The notes: generated by a model not told the origin, from the letters alone. Numbered from the stretch's first letter, positions 1 to 10,343 are shown. The stretch: DNA of 64,000 nucleotides from Bdellovibrionales bacterium (GCA_965197425.1 CBDANC010000015.1:256001-320000), one strand, 5' to 3'. Numbers and translations: made by a program.

Positions 1-360
1 GAAGACAAGAAATTACAGTTAACTGATAAGAATTTTATTGAGAACTTTAAAAAGTATTTAAGCAAGCTATATAACAAAAGAAGTAGTGAAGGTATTTTTA
101 TGCAAGCATTAGCTGTATATAAGATGTTTTTGTCGGGAAAACTTAAAGCTGCATCTCATACATCACTTGCTAATTTTCCTGAAGTTGAACATTACCCTAA
201 TACTCAAATATCCAAGGAAATTGCAGCTTCGATTTGTTGCGTTTTAAATTTATTTTGCGGAACTTGTGTTATTGATAAGGGTTTGCAGGACTGGTCTAAA
301 TATTTTTGGAATAGATCTCGTCAGATAGAACCTATTGATTTAACTAAAATTGAGTGGTAA
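1..360 (+). CDS. Hypothetical protein, 5'-truncated by the window edge
   Basis: Frame of ORF 100..360 is open back to base 1 (GAA GAC AAG AAA TTA...); its stop overlaps the start region of the next gene. Confidence 0.7.
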   Translation, partial: EDKKLQLTDKNFIENFKKYLSKLYNKRSSEGIFMQALAVYKMFLSGKLKAASHTSLANFPEVEHYPNTQISKEIAASICCVLNLFCGTCVIDKGLQDWSKYFWNRSRQIEPIDLTKIEW

Positions 361-1183
361 TTTTAAAATGGAAGAGAGTATAGAACATAAGACGCTCACA
401 TCTTTATTAAATAATATTAAAGAATATAAAAAGATTGTTCGTAAAGAGTTTTCAGAGAGGATGAAATTATCTAGTGTAAATGTAGAGGAAGATGAAAAAC
501 GTGCAGTTGTTGGCGGACTTCTGGCAAGACAAGTTTCACTAGCAACTGAGTTTTGTAAATGCTCAAGTATTTGGACTCTACATATCGCCCCAATAATTCA
601 GCGTTGTATGATTGATGTACATATAACGCTAGCTTGGATACTAGAAGACCCAGAAAAAAGATGTAAGGAATACATTGAGTATGGGTTAGGCCAAGTAAAG
701 TTGATGATCGAACATAGAAAGCTTCAATTGAAGTCAGATGGTGTGGAAGCAGATGACGATCCTGTTTTAAATGCGTATGAGGATTGGTTAAATAATCAGA
801 AGCATGAAGCGTTTGTAGAAGTAAATTTAGGAAGATGGTCAAATAAATCTGTAAGAAAAATGGCAGAAGAATCTGACAATTTAGATATATATAATTATAT
901 CTATACACCATTTTCTGGTTGTGTCCATAGTATGTGGAATCACATTGAAAGGCTTAACTTGACCAGATCAACAAATCCTTTGCATAAAGGTTTACCAATC
1001 CCTGTTGCTTCAAAACTTCCAGTAAGTATGGAGGAGTTGTTTCTAGTAGCAAAATACTTACATAAAACTTTTTTATTATATGATGAAAAAACTGGTTGCA
1101 ATGTACCGGCTCCAAGTGCGTATGACTTTTTAAACAAAGCTATTGATAAAACAGCGTCAGATTTAAAAAAATACAACAAATAG
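350..1183 (+). CDS. DUF5677-like (HEPN-related) hypothetical protein
   Basis: 277-aa ORF with R-x-M-I-D...AWIL, 'SVRKMAEE' and 'YxxFSGCVHSMW' motifs recalled from DUF5677; true start may be ATG 368. Confidence 0.6.
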   Translation: MSGNFKMEESIEHKTLTSLLNNIKEYKKIVRKEFSERMKLSSVNVEEDEKRAVVGGLLARQVSLATEFCKCSSIWTLHIAPIIQRCMIDVHITLAWILEDPEKRCKEYIEYGLGQVKLMIEHRKLQLKSDGVEADDDPVLNAYEDWLNNQKHEAFVEVNLGRWSNKSVRKMAEESDNLDIYNYIYTPFSGCVHSMWNHIERLNLTRSTNPLHKGLPIPVASKLPVSMEELFLVAKYLHKTFLLYDEKTGCNVPAPSAYDFLNKAIDKTASDLKKYNK

Positions 1184-1397
1184 ACTTACATTTAAATGGT
1201 TGTTTAAAATTGTGCTGATTTAAACATAAAAAAGAAAGCAATCCTAAGGTTGCTCCGTACCTCTCAATCGAAACCCAACCGTAATTAGTTTCACTAATAA
1301 CATATGGCAAAAAAGAGTTAAAAAATCGAATCAACCTTGCCATGACTAGTTCATCTTTAGGTGAGGCAAAAGAACTAGTAGACGTTGAACTTATTAA

Positions 1398-1958
1398 TCA
1401 GCGTTTCTTTAAAAATCTGCGGATTGCTGAATCACTCACCCTCTGAACCTTGCTCACCGTCATCGGATGTGAACCGAGGGTTTCGATATTATAAATGACT
1501 CCTTCATTTACAAGGTGTCTAATTGCAGGGTTAAGGCGGCGAGGCTTCCAACCATATTGCTCTGCTATTTCTTTTGGTTGAGCTGTAGATTCTTTGTCAT
1601 TCAACATATCTCGAGCAATTCGTTTAGCATCCTCCTTAGCATCCCATCCCATGAAGTACCGGTCAAATTCAATAAACAAAGACTCATCAGTAATAATCCT
1701 TTGGTCAGAGAAGGAGCCAAATGTTCTGTTTATCTTCAAGAAACCTTGTTCTTTAAGTCTGTTGACCGCATCTTCTGTGTCCTCTAAACTCAAACCCGTT
1801 TCTTCCGCAATATTTTTCGCAGCCAATAGTGGATCGTGATTAAACCCGTTTTTTGATTGTTTAAGAAGTAGTTTTATAACTTTTACTTCAGCTTCTGAGT
1901 ATCCAGGTATATAATTGTTGTGTGCAACATCTTTATCTACTATAGTTTCCATTTCCAA
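1398..1958 (-). CDS. Hypothetical protein with two winged-helix-like segments
   Basis: 186-aa ORF, SD GGGAGG upstream; 'IAEETGLSLEDTEDAVNRLKEQGFL' and 'IAEQYGWKPRRLNPAIRHLVNEGVI' are wHTH-like. Confidence 0.65.
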   Translation of the reverse strand: MEMETIVDKDVAHNNYIPGYSEAEVKVIKLLLKQSKNGFNHDPLLAAKNIAEETGLSLEDTEDAVNRLKEQGFLKINRTFGSFSDQRIITDESLFIEFDRYFMGWDAKEDAKRIARDMLNDKESTAQPKEIAEQYGWKPRRLNPAIRHLVNEGVIYNIETLGSHPMTVSKVQRVSDSAIRRFLKKR

Positions 1959-2035
1959 ATAACCTCCCTTTTTGAAGTTTATATTTAAAAAAATAATTTA
2001 TGTTTATACCAAGATTCTCTATACCTATACATCAT

Positions 2036-2242
2036 CTACGCACATTCATGAAGGCTCAGAAGGTTGTTTGGCATTTCTCCATCTGCCTCGGTCTTTAAAT
2101 ATTCATTACCATACCTACTATTAGCTACGACCATTGACACTCTTTGTCCGTTCTGCATAACAAAAAAAGAATATCTATTCGCCTTAATACCACATATTGC
2201 TTCCTCTTGAGAAAGCTTCTAGTTTGTGCTATCACTATTAAC
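2036..2242 (-). pseudogene. DUF3892-like pseudogene (N-terminus missing, in-frame TAG)
   Basis: Manual translation: VNSDSTN*KLSQEEAICGIKANRYSFFVMQNGQRVSMVVANSRYGNEYLKTEADGEMPNNLLSLHECA*; YLKT-x-D...NNLLSLxEC is the DUF3892 C-terminal pattern; TAG at 2219-2221 lies where Trp (TGG) is expected. Confidence 0.75.
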
Positions 2243-3260
2243 CTTCACTTCCAATAGTGGGATTCACATTATTTCTTATGATCTCTAACACTCTTTGAGA
2301 TGAAGCTACATTATCCTGTTCGCCTTGAGTAAAGCCAGTATTCTGATGTGAGAAAATGCATTGTGCTGTCTGTAGTAATACAGCACTTTTTGTCGCTTTG
2401 TCCAGACTTGCATCTATAAATTCCTCAAATGTACCCAAGGCATTTTGCCTGTGCTGATTTACCACTAGATTGTGCGACTCAACTCTGTAAATTCTTGCCG
2501 ACAAAACAAAGAAAAAAGAAAGCACACTAAACATCAACACTTTTGACAAACTAATTTGAACCAACTTAGAAGTGATGATAGCTTCATTCCAACCCATGGA
2601 GTGACGTACATTCCAAATAAGAAAAGCAACCAGTACAGCACCAAAACTCCCCGTTACCCAGAGCCATATTTTTTTAGCTTTTTGATGCCTATCTACTTCT
2701 TTTTGGAAATGAAGGATATGTTGAGCCACACCCTCACCAGCAATTTTGTCTCTGGTTTTGCCAAGAATATTACTTAAGGCTGCTTCACTTTCTTCCGCCC
2801 TTTTCTTAAGTTTTTTAATCTCAGCAACATCCTTATCTGCCTGCTGTGTTGTACCTTCACTATTACAAAAGGCAATGATCGGAGCTATTTTCTTAAACCA
2901 CTCATTGTAAGCTCCGTCAATTCGATTAATTATATTATTTCTTTGCTCTAATGGATTACCTTGTTCAGCATTGAAATTCGAAATTTCGTTGAATAAATCC
3001 AACGCACTCCTTGCATAACCATCAAATTCTACCGCACATGAACTAGTAATGAGGTCGAAATTTACATTTGAGAGTTTGTTAAATAGCTCTGAAATTTGTT
3101 CAAATAATTTAGCTCCTTCTTGGAAACCTAGCTTTGTTCCAAGATCTTCGGTTCTAACAAGATCCTTTACTTTTATCTTGTCTAGCTCGTCCAAAGATCC
3201 CTTTAAGGAAGACAGAGATTCCTGATGTCTTTGTTTAATATCCTGCACAACACTCCTCAC
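2238..3260 (-). CDS. Hypothetical coiled-coil, 2-TM membrane protein
   Basis: 340-aa ORF; helical N-terminus, two hydrophobic segments (IWLWVTGSFGAVLVAFLIW; VLMFSVLSFFFVLSA). Confidence 0.75.
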   Translation of the reverse strand: MRSVVQDIKQRHQESLSSLKGSLDELDKIKVKDLVRTEDLGTKLGFQEGAKLFEQISELFNKLSNVNFDLITSSCAVEFDGYARSALDLFNEISNFNAEQGNPLEQRNNIINRIDGAYNEWFKKIAPIIAFCNSEGTTQQADKDVAEIKKLKKRAEESEAALSNILGKTRDKIAGEGVAQHILHFQKEVDRHQKAKKIWLWVTGSFGAVLVAFLIWNVRHSMGWNEAIITSKLVQISLSKVLMFSVLSFFFVLSARIYRVESHNLVVNQHRQNALGTFEEFIDASLDKATKSAVLLQTAQCIFSHQNTGFTQGEQDNVASSQRVLEIIRNNVNPTIGSEG

Positions 3261-3518
3261 TTAATTTCTTATCTAGCAGTTAACCAAGCTATTCCAATCG
3301 GTACTCTGATTAGATATAACTCTCATTTCTTATATAACATTCTATTTAGGAAGGTTAAAAAGACCTGCCTTGTGTCTAACAAGATGCGAATATGTGTGTG
3401 ATCCTTAATTAAGTCAACAGTAGTTTAAAAAAAATTGGTAAGTTGCCGTTCTGATCCGCCACGACTCCGATCCAAAAAATTTAGCCTTTGCCAGATCAAT
3501 GAGATTCAGGTAAGGCTA

Positions 3519-3953
3519 ATGCTTATGTTGATTTTTAAGGCCTTACACCTAATAACCATGGTTTGTTGGTTCGCTGGATTGTTTTATATGTTCAGGCTAT
3601 TTGTATATCAAGCTAAGAACCAATCTAATAAAAGCAACTCAGATTTACTTAAGCAAATGGCTTTTAGGCTATACTACTACATAACTACACCATCCATGGT
3701 TTTAACTTTGCTATTTGGAATGTTGCTGCTAATGCATATACCTGTTTATTTGCATGTACCCTGGTTTCATGTGAAAATGCTGTTTATACTTATTCTACTG
3801 GTATATCATTACTTTGTTGGATATACACTCCACAAGTTTATGAAGGATGAAATTTTTTTGTCAGTAAGGCTGTGTAGAATAATAAATGAGGTCCCAACAT
3901 TGCTACTGATAATTATAATTGGACTTGCAGTTTTAAAACCAAATCTACTATGA
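3519..3953 (+). CDS. hemJ: Protoporphyrinogen IX oxidase HemJ (UPF0093)
   Basis: KALHLI...WFAGLFYMFRLFVY, WFHVK, NEVPT motifs; start moved to ATG 3519 (or 3525) because the upstream extension is not HemJ-like. Confidence 0.9.
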   Translation: MLMLIFKALHLITMVCWFAGLFYMFRLFVYQAKNQSNKSNSDLLKQMAFRLYYYITTPSMVLTLLFGMLLLMHIPVYLHVPWFHVKMLFILILLVYHYFVGYTLHKFMKDEIFLSVRLCRIINEVPTLLLIIIIGLAVLKPNLL

Positions 3954-6676
3954 CACAAACTTACGAACCAAAAAAACTAGAAGCCCGAATATACAAAATG
4001 TGGGATGAGGGTGGTTATTTTAAGCCCAGCTTTGGTTCCGAAAAACCTACATTTTGTATAATGATTCCTCCTCCAAATGTTACAGGCTCTCTTCACCTGG
4101 GACATGCCTTAGACCATACAATACAAGATGTGCTAGTAAGGTGGCATAGAATGAAAGGGTTTAATACTCTATGGCAGTCAGGGACCGATCATGCAGGTAT
4201 TGCTACACAGAGTGTGGTTGAAAGACATCTAGAAAAAAAAGATCTTAATAGAAAAACCTTAGGTAGAGAAAAATTTGTAAAAGAAGTGTGGAAGTGGAAA
4301 ACAAAATACGAGAACCGTATCATATCACAAATGAAGAAACTGGGAGACTCTTGTGATTGGAGTAGGAATAGATTTACCATGGATGACGGCCTTTCAAAGG
4401 CGGTCAAAAAGGTTTTTGTAAATTTATATAATGAAGGGCTAATTTATAGAGGTAAAAGACTAATAAATTGGGATCCTAAACTTTCTAGCGCACTATCAGA
4501 CCTTGAAGTAGAACACCAAGAAAAAGATGGCCATCTGTGGCATGTCAAATACCCTTTTTCTGATAGCGATAAATTTTTGGTGGTCGCAACAACCAGACCA
4601 GAAACCATTCTGGGGGATACCGCTATTGCCGTTCATCCGGAAGATGAAAGATATAAAAAATATATAGGCAAAACAGTTATATTAGAATTCCTTAATAAGG
4701 AAATAAAAGTTATAAGTGATGAATTTGTGGATCAGAGTTTTGGGTCAGGTGTGGTTAAAATTACACCAGCACACGACTTCAAAGATTATGAAGTTGGGTT
4801 AAGGCACAAGTTAGATTTTATTAACATTTTAAATCCAGATGGAACATTAAATAATAATGCCGGTAAATATGAAGGATTAAAAGTATTAGAAGCTAGAAAA
4901 ATGATCTTGAAAGATCTTAAAAAACACAATTTATTAGTTAAAAAAGAAAAGTATAAAGTTACCACTCCTATTAGTCAAAGAACTGGTGAAGCTGTAGAAC
5001 CTTATTTATCTGATCAATGGTTTGTTAGTACAAAGAGTATTGCTCCACCGGCAGAAAAAGTTGTTCAAGATGGAACTATTTCATTTGAACCAGAGCATTG
5101 GGCTAAGACTTACTTGCATTGGATGAGTAATATTCAAGATTGGTGTATTTCCAGACAACTTTGGTGGGGTCATAGAATACCAGCATGGCACTGCAATGAG
5201 TGTAAAGCTATTACTGTTAGTGAATCTACTCCGAGTAAATGTTGTAAATGTAAATCGGTTGATATTTATCAGGACAATGATGTATTGGATACCTGGTTTA
5301 GTTCAGCACTTTGGCCTTTTAGCACTTTAGGTTGGCCTGAACAAACAAAAGATCTAACAACTTTCTATCCTACAAATGTTTTGGTAACTGGACATGATAT
5401 AATATTCTTCTGGGTTGCTAGAATGATAATGTCAGGCCTTCATCATGTTAAAGGCATTCCATTTAGAACAGTTTTTGTTCATGGGATAATAAGAGATGAA
5501 AAAGGCGAAAAAATGTCCAAATCTTTAGGAAACACATTAGATCCTTTAGATTTGATAGACAAATCAGGTGCAGATGCACTAAGAATTACACTTATGTCAC
5601 AAGTATATGGTGGTAATGATATTAAGTTTTCAGAGAAAAGACTTGAGGGGTATAGAAATTTTTTAAATAAAATTTTTAATGCTACAAAGTTCTGTCTATC
5701 ATTTCACAAAAATATAAAACATAAATTTAGAAAAGAAGATATGTCAATCTACGATAAGTGGATTATACAAAAATTGAGTGTTGCCTACCATGATATGGAT
5801 GGTTATCTTAGTGACTTTAAGTTTGCAGAAGCTGTCTTAACAATTTATTCATTTGTATGGAACGATTTTTGTGACCGGTACTTAGAGCGAATTAAACCAA
5901 TACTTTATAAGGGTGAAGAAAAAAATAAGGCTACAACACTTAATGTTTTAACAAATGTTTTGGATAGAATTTGTAGGTTATCTCACCCTATAATTCCGTT
6001 CTTAACAGAAGACATTTATCAAAAACTACCTATAAAGAACAAGGCTTGTATCATAGATAGTTATCCTAACCATCACAACGATTCAGACTTTTTAAGCATG
6101 TACGATCCAAACAAACCAGAAGATATAAATGATGCAGACAATATAATGGATATAATTACTTATGTAAGACAAATAAAAGGTGAAATTTTCCAAGAAGGAA
6201 AACTTACATTAAGTATACGAACTGAGTCGCAAGATGATGAAGGTGAGGAGTATTTTAATCATTTAATTGAATCCCATAAAGATGATATAGAACAGTCGTC
6301 TGGCAGTAATATTTCTGTTGCAAATAAATCTGATATCGGACCTCCTAACATTCCTTTTACAGAAAAGCAAATTAGAGAAAAAGAAACAAACATGTATTTG
6401 GATATTAAAGATAAAACATATCGCATATTCAAAATTATAGAACTGCAAAAAACATCTATTAAATTTTGTATTCCATTACAAGTGTATATGTTGAATCTTG
6501 AAGAAATAACCAAAAAGGTAAAAAAGATAAAAAAAGAAATTGAGAGTTTAGAAAATAGACTTAAAAATAAAGCTTTTAGAGAAAAAGCACCACCAAAGGT
6601 AGTAGAGAAAGACGAAAAGCAATTAAAAACTTTAAAAATTGAACTTGCAACTAAAAGATGGCCAGAAGAAGACTAG
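3950..6676 (+). CDS. valS: Valine--tRNA ligase
   Basis: PPPNVTGSLHLGH, GTDHAGIATQ, DWCISRQLWWGH, KMSKS, C-terminal coiled coil. Confidence 0.98.
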   Translation: MTQTYEPKKLEARIYKMWDEGGYFKPSFGSEKPTFCIMIPPPNVTGSLHLGHALDHTIQDVLVRWHRMKGFNTLWQSGTDHAGIATQSVVERHLEKKDLNRKTLGREKFVKEVWKWKTKYENRIISQMKKLGDSCDWSRNRFTMDDGLSKAVKKVFVNLYNEGLIYRGKRLINWDPKLSSALSDLEVEHQEKDGHLWHVKYPFSDSDKFLVVATTRPETILGDTAIAVHPEDERYKKYIGKTVILEFLNKEIKVISDEFVDQSFGSGVVKITPAHDFKDYEVGLRHKLDFINILNPDGTLNNNAGKYEGLKVLEARKMILKDLKKHNLLVKKEKYKVTTPISQRTGEAVEPYLSDQWFVSTKSIAPPAEKVVQDGTISFEPEHWAKTYLHWMSNIQDWCISRQLWWGHRIPAWHCNECKAITVSESTPSKCCKCKSVDIYQDNDVLDTWFSSALWPFSTLGWPEQTKDLTTFYPTNVLVTGHDIIFFWVARMIMSGLHHVKGIPFRTVFVHGIIRDEKGEKMSKSLGNTLDPLDLIDKSGADALRITLMSQVYGGNDIKFSEKRLEGYRNFLNKIFNATKFCLSFHKNIKHKFRKEDMSIYDKWIIQKLSVAYHDMDGYLSDFKFAEAVLTIYSFVWNDFCDRYLERIKPILYKGEEKNKATTLNVLTNVLDRICRLSHPIIPFLTEDIYQKLPIKNKACIIDSYPNHHNDSDFLSMYDPNKPEDINDADNIMDIITYVRQIKGEIFQEGKLTLSIRTESQDDEGEEYFNHLIESHKDDIEQSSGSNISVANKSDIGPPNIPFTEKQIREKETNMYLDIKDKTYRIFKIIELQKTSIKFCIPLQVYMLNLEEITKKVKKIKKEIESLENRLKNKAFREKAPPKVVEKDEKQLKTLKIELATKRWPEED

Positions 6677-6686
6677 TACAATCCAA

Positions 6687-8708
6687 ATGAAAAAAGAAAT
6701 TAAAGGCATCATTAAAAGACATCCAGATGGATACGGATTTTTCATAGCGAATTGTGAGCACCCAGATATTTTTATACCCAGAAGAGGTATGTTTGGAGTT
6801 ATGACAAATGACTCTGTATTAGTTCAGGTAGCTGGAAGAAAAGATGATAATAGGTTGTACGGTAAAATAACCCAAATAACAGAGCGTTCAGAAACCATTG
6901 TAGTGGGAAAATTTTTAAAATTATTAAGTGGTGGTTTAATAGAGGATTCTTCTAACAGATGGGGGAGTGATATTTATATATCAAAGGACGATACTTTAGG
7001 ATCTGATGATGGAGATTTGGTAGAAGCAGAAATTATAAAATATCCATCAGTTAATAATAAAAAAATTGTTGCAAAGGTTGCTAAAATAATTGGTAGAGCA
7101 GGCAACCCACTTTTTGATGAAAAAAGAGTAATAGTAGAAAACAAAATACCAAATACTTTTAATAAAAAAGTTGAAAAAGAAGTCTCTGGTTTAACAGTAG
7201 AAATAACCAATGGAGAAAGAAAGAGAAGGAAAACACTAGAACTACCATTTGTGACAATAGATGGATTAGATGCAAAAGATTTTGATGATGCTATTTATGT
7301 AAAACGCAAAAGTTATGGGTTTAATGTAGTGGTAGCTATTGCAGATGTAAGTCATTATGTTAAGGCAGATACCGCTATTGATGATGAGGCGTATAGAAGA
7401 GGATTTAGCTCATATTTCCCAAATAGTGTAATTCCTATGTTACCTGAAAAACTAAGCAATAATATTTGTTCTCTAAAACCTGATGTCGAAAGGTTGGCAT
7501 TAGTGGCGGATATTCAAATGGATTTTAAAGGAGATGTAAAGTCATCAAACTTTTATGAAGCTATTATTGTTAACTCTAAAAGATTAACTTATGCAGAAGC
7601 ACAAGACATTATAGATAACAATAAAGAGAGTTATGATCAGATCGAGGAATTGTTACAAACAGCAAAAGATGTAGCTAATATTTTGGTAAAAAAAAGGATG
7701 AATGCTGGTTCTTTAGATCTAGATCTAGAAGAAACTAAGCTGATTATAGATAAGGCTGGAAATCCAATTGACTGTCAAAAATCAAAAAGACTATTTGCTC
7801 ACAGAATAATCGAAGAATTAATGCTTTTAACTAATCAAACAGCTGCTAGATTTTTAAGAGTAAATGAAATACAGACTTTGAATAGAGTACATGAAGCACC
7901 TGATAAAGAGGACTTGGAAAAAATTAGCAAATTTATGTTTAATCTTGGTCATCAACCTCTAATAAAAACTAGTTCATTACAACAACAAATAAATAAACTT
8001 TTGAAAAAAGTGAAAAACACACAATTTGATCAGATATTTAATATAATCATTCTCAGATCATTAAAGCAGGCCTGTTATTTATCAGAGGGCATAGGCCATT
8101 TTGGACTTAACTTTAAGGATTATTTGCATTTTACCTCTCCCATTAGGAGATATCCTGACTTAGTTGTTCATAGGCAACTTAAGAGTGTTTTATTTAAAAC
8201 CACCCAAGATAAATATGACTACAAAGGTATGGCAGAATATCTATCTTCATGTGAAAGAAGAGCTGTACAGGCAGAAAGACAACTTATGAGTATCAAAAAA
8301 GCACGGTTAATGAAAGAAAAAATCTCCCAGGAATTTGATGGAATGATAAGTGGATTGACTAAATTTGGTATGTTTGTGTTGTTAAAAATTTTTGATGTAG
8401 ATGGACTTGTTAGATTGGAAACATTAGATGGTTATTTTAATTATGATGAAGATACAATGTGTTTAAGGAGCAAAAACAAGATATACAAGATTGGGGATAA
8501 AGTAAAAATTATAGTAGTGCAAGCTGATACGGATAGTGGTAAAATAGACTTTGTATTAGCAGGAAGTAAAAATGGAAATTATAAAAACATCAAGACAGGT
8601 AGTAAAAAACATAAGAAACGTAAAACGTCTAAAACAAATAGTGGGCGTATTCGCAAAGCACGGATTTCAAGACGTAATAAGAAGGGTCAATCTAAAACTA
8701 TCACCTAA
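6687..8708 (+). CDS. rnr: Ribonuclease R
   Basis: HPDGYGF cold-shock domain, TIDGLDAKDFDDA catalytic motif, HFTSPIRRYPDL, S1 domain, basic tail; ATG 6687 preferred over TTG 6639. Confidence 0.95.
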   Translation: MKKEIKGIIKRHPDGYGFFIANCEHPDIFIPRRGMFGVMTNDSVLVQVAGRKDDNRLYGKITQITERSETIVVGKFLKLLSGGLIEDSSNRWGSDIYISKDDTLGSDDGDLVEAEIIKYPSVNNKKIVAKVAKIIGRAGNPLFDEKRVIVENKIPNTFNKKVEKEVSGLTVEITNGERKRRKTLELPFVTIDGLDAKDFDDAIYVKRKSYGFNVVVAIADVSHYVKADTAIDDEAYRRGFSSYFPNSVIPMLPEKLSNNICSLKPDVERLALVADIQMDFKGDVKSSNFYEAIIVNSKRLTYAEAQDIIDNNKESYDQIEELLQTAKDVANILVKKRMNAGSLDLDLEETKLIIDKAGNPIDCQKSKRLFAHRIIEELMLLTNQTAARFLRVNEIQTLNRVHEAPDKEDLEKISKFMFNLGHQPLIKTSSLQQQINKLLKKVKNTQFDQIFNIIILRSLKQACYLSEGIGHFGLNFKDYLHFTSPIRRYPDLVVHRQLKSVLFKTTQDKYDYKGMAEYLSSCERRAVQAERQLMSIKKARLMKEKISQEFDGMISGLTKFGMFVLLKIFDVDGLVRLETLDGYFNYDEDTMCLRSKNKIYKIGDKVKIIVVQADTDSGKIDFVLAGSKNGNYKNIKTGSKKHKKRKTSKTNSGRIRKARISRRNKKGQSKTIT

Positions 8709-10236
8709 GTTTTTAAGATTTAAAACAGATAAAGGATCTTCTCTGCCAGTTGAAGTTAGGTTGAGAATGAGCTTTGAAGAACTTGGGCCTACTTTTGTAA
8801 AGCTGGGTCAACTGTTGGCAACAAGGCCTGATCTTATACCAATTGATTGGGTAGAAGAGTTCAAAAAACTGCATGATCAAGTGGAACCTGTAAAATATGA
8901 ACAAATAGAATCAGATTTAAAAAATCATTTTAAAAAGTTTGATGAGATATTTTTGTCTTTTGATAAAGAGCCTAAAGCAGCTGCCAGCATAGCCCAGGTT
9001 CATCATGCGGTGCTAAGAGATAATACACAGGTTGTTGTTAAGATAAGAAGGCCCAACATTGTTAAACTAATAAACGATGATTTAAATATTTTGTATTTTG
9101 TAGCAAATTTAGTTCACAAATATATACCTGAAACCAGAATTTATAATCCAATAGGTGTAGTAAATGAATTTACAAAAGCTCTAAACCTAGAGACTAATTT
9201 TATTGTTGAAGCAAACAATATGCTGAAGTTTAAACAAAACTTTAAAAACAATGAACATATCAAGATACCTGATGTGTACATGGAGCTGTCAGGACCTAAA
9301 ATATTAGTTATGGAGAGAATTAAAGGCACTCCTATTAGTGAGCACTCTGAATTGAAAGGGTTTGATTCGGCTTTATTACTTAAGCGAGGTTTGAAAGCTT
9401 TTTTTCATATGGTGTTCCATGACCGATTTTTTCATGGAGACCTTCATTCTGGAAATATTTTTGTGCTTGAGGAAAATAAAATTGCATTATTGGACTTTGG
9501 GGTTGTTGGTAGACTAAGTGTTAAGTTAAGAGATTCTATAGCAGATATGTTCTTAGCACTTACTACTGAAGATTATGAGACATTGGCTTATGAATTTGTG
9601 GATCTTGCACCTTATAATAAAACAATTAACTTAGAAAATTTTTCTAATGACCTTAGAGATTTAATTTCACCTCATTTTAATCTTAGTTTAAAAAATGTGA
9701 ATCTTGGAAAAGTTTTAATGGAAGCAGTTGGGTGTGCTAGTAGGCATAATATTCAGCTTCCATCAGATTTGGTTATGTTTTTTAAATCTATTTTAACTTT
9801 AGAGGGTGTAGGAAGAGGTTTAATCAGTGACTTTGACTTGTTATCTGAAGCAACTGGCTTTGCCAGCCAAATTTTAAAGGCAAAATATGATCCTATACAC
9901 ATTTCAAAAAACTTAGGTTCTTTTGCAAAAGACTCTAGAAGGTTGGTAGCCAAACTTCCTAGGGAAGCAAATCAATTAATTAAAAAATTTAATAACCCAG
10001 ATTATAGGTTTAACTTAGAAATACATAACTTAGTTAAGTTTGGAAAAGTTTTTGAGAAATCTGCAACTCTGATATTTCTGGGTATTGTTATAGGTGGCCT
10101 TTTAATAGGAGCTTCCATTGCATTACACTATGATTTCAGGATTATGTTTTTGGGATTACCTTTGCCTAGTAGTATAGGTTTTTTGTCTGCGTTTTTGTTA
10201 AGCTTAGTGGCTTTTTATCAGTATATTAAACGATAG
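8572..10236 (+). CDS. ubiB: UbiB/AarF (ABC1) family atypical kinase
   Basis: LGPTFVKLGQ, AASIAQVH, VVVKIRRP, FHGDLHSGN, LLDFG, C-terminal TM helices; SD-like AGGAAG upstream. Confidence 0.9.
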   Translation: MEIIKTSRQVVKNIRNVKRLKQIVGVFAKHGFQDVIRRVNLKLSPKFLRFKTDKGSSLPVEVRLRMSFEELGPTFVKLGQLLATRPDLIPIDWVEEFKKLHDQVEPVKYEQIESDLKNHFKKFDEIFLSFDKEPKAAASIAQVHHAVLRDNTQVVVKIRRPNIVKLINDDLNILYFVANLVHKYIPETRIYNPIGVVNEFTKALNLETNFIVEANNMLKFKQNFKNNEHIKIPDVYMELSGPKILVMERIKGTPISEHSELKGFDSALLLKRGLKAFFHMVFHDRFFHGDLHSGNIFVLEENKIALLDFGVVGRLSVKLRDSIADMFLALTTEDYETLAYEFVDLAPYNKTINLENFSNDLRDLISPHFNLSLKNVNLGKVLMEAVGCASRHNIQLPSDLVMFFKSILTLEGVGRGLISDFDLLSEATGFASQILKAKYDPIHISKNLGSFAKDSRRLVAKLPREANQLIKKFNNPDYRFNLEIHNLVKFGKVFEKSATLIFLGIVIGGLLIGASIALHYDFRIMFLGLPLPSSIGFLSAFLLSLVAFYQYIKR

Positions 10237-10287
10237 CGAGTACGGCTAAAGAAAATTCCTTGTTGTAGTCACTAACCAGGAAACAGG

Positions 10288-10343
10288 CATTTGGCAAAAA
10301 AAGTGAACAAGTCCACTTATTTTTGTCTCATTAACCTCACCTT
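10288..10343 (-). repeat. Partial copy of dispersed palindromic intergenic repeat
   Basis: ggcaaaaaaagtgaacaagtccacttatttttgtc matches the reverse complement of the 62892-62957 unit; lies between convergent genes. Confidence 0.8.

Noticed and set aside
3435..3518. N-terminal extension of hemJ in the ORF track (likewise rnr from 6639 and dinD from 50874)
   Set aside because: Extensions are not family-like; downstream starts fit the known N-termini better
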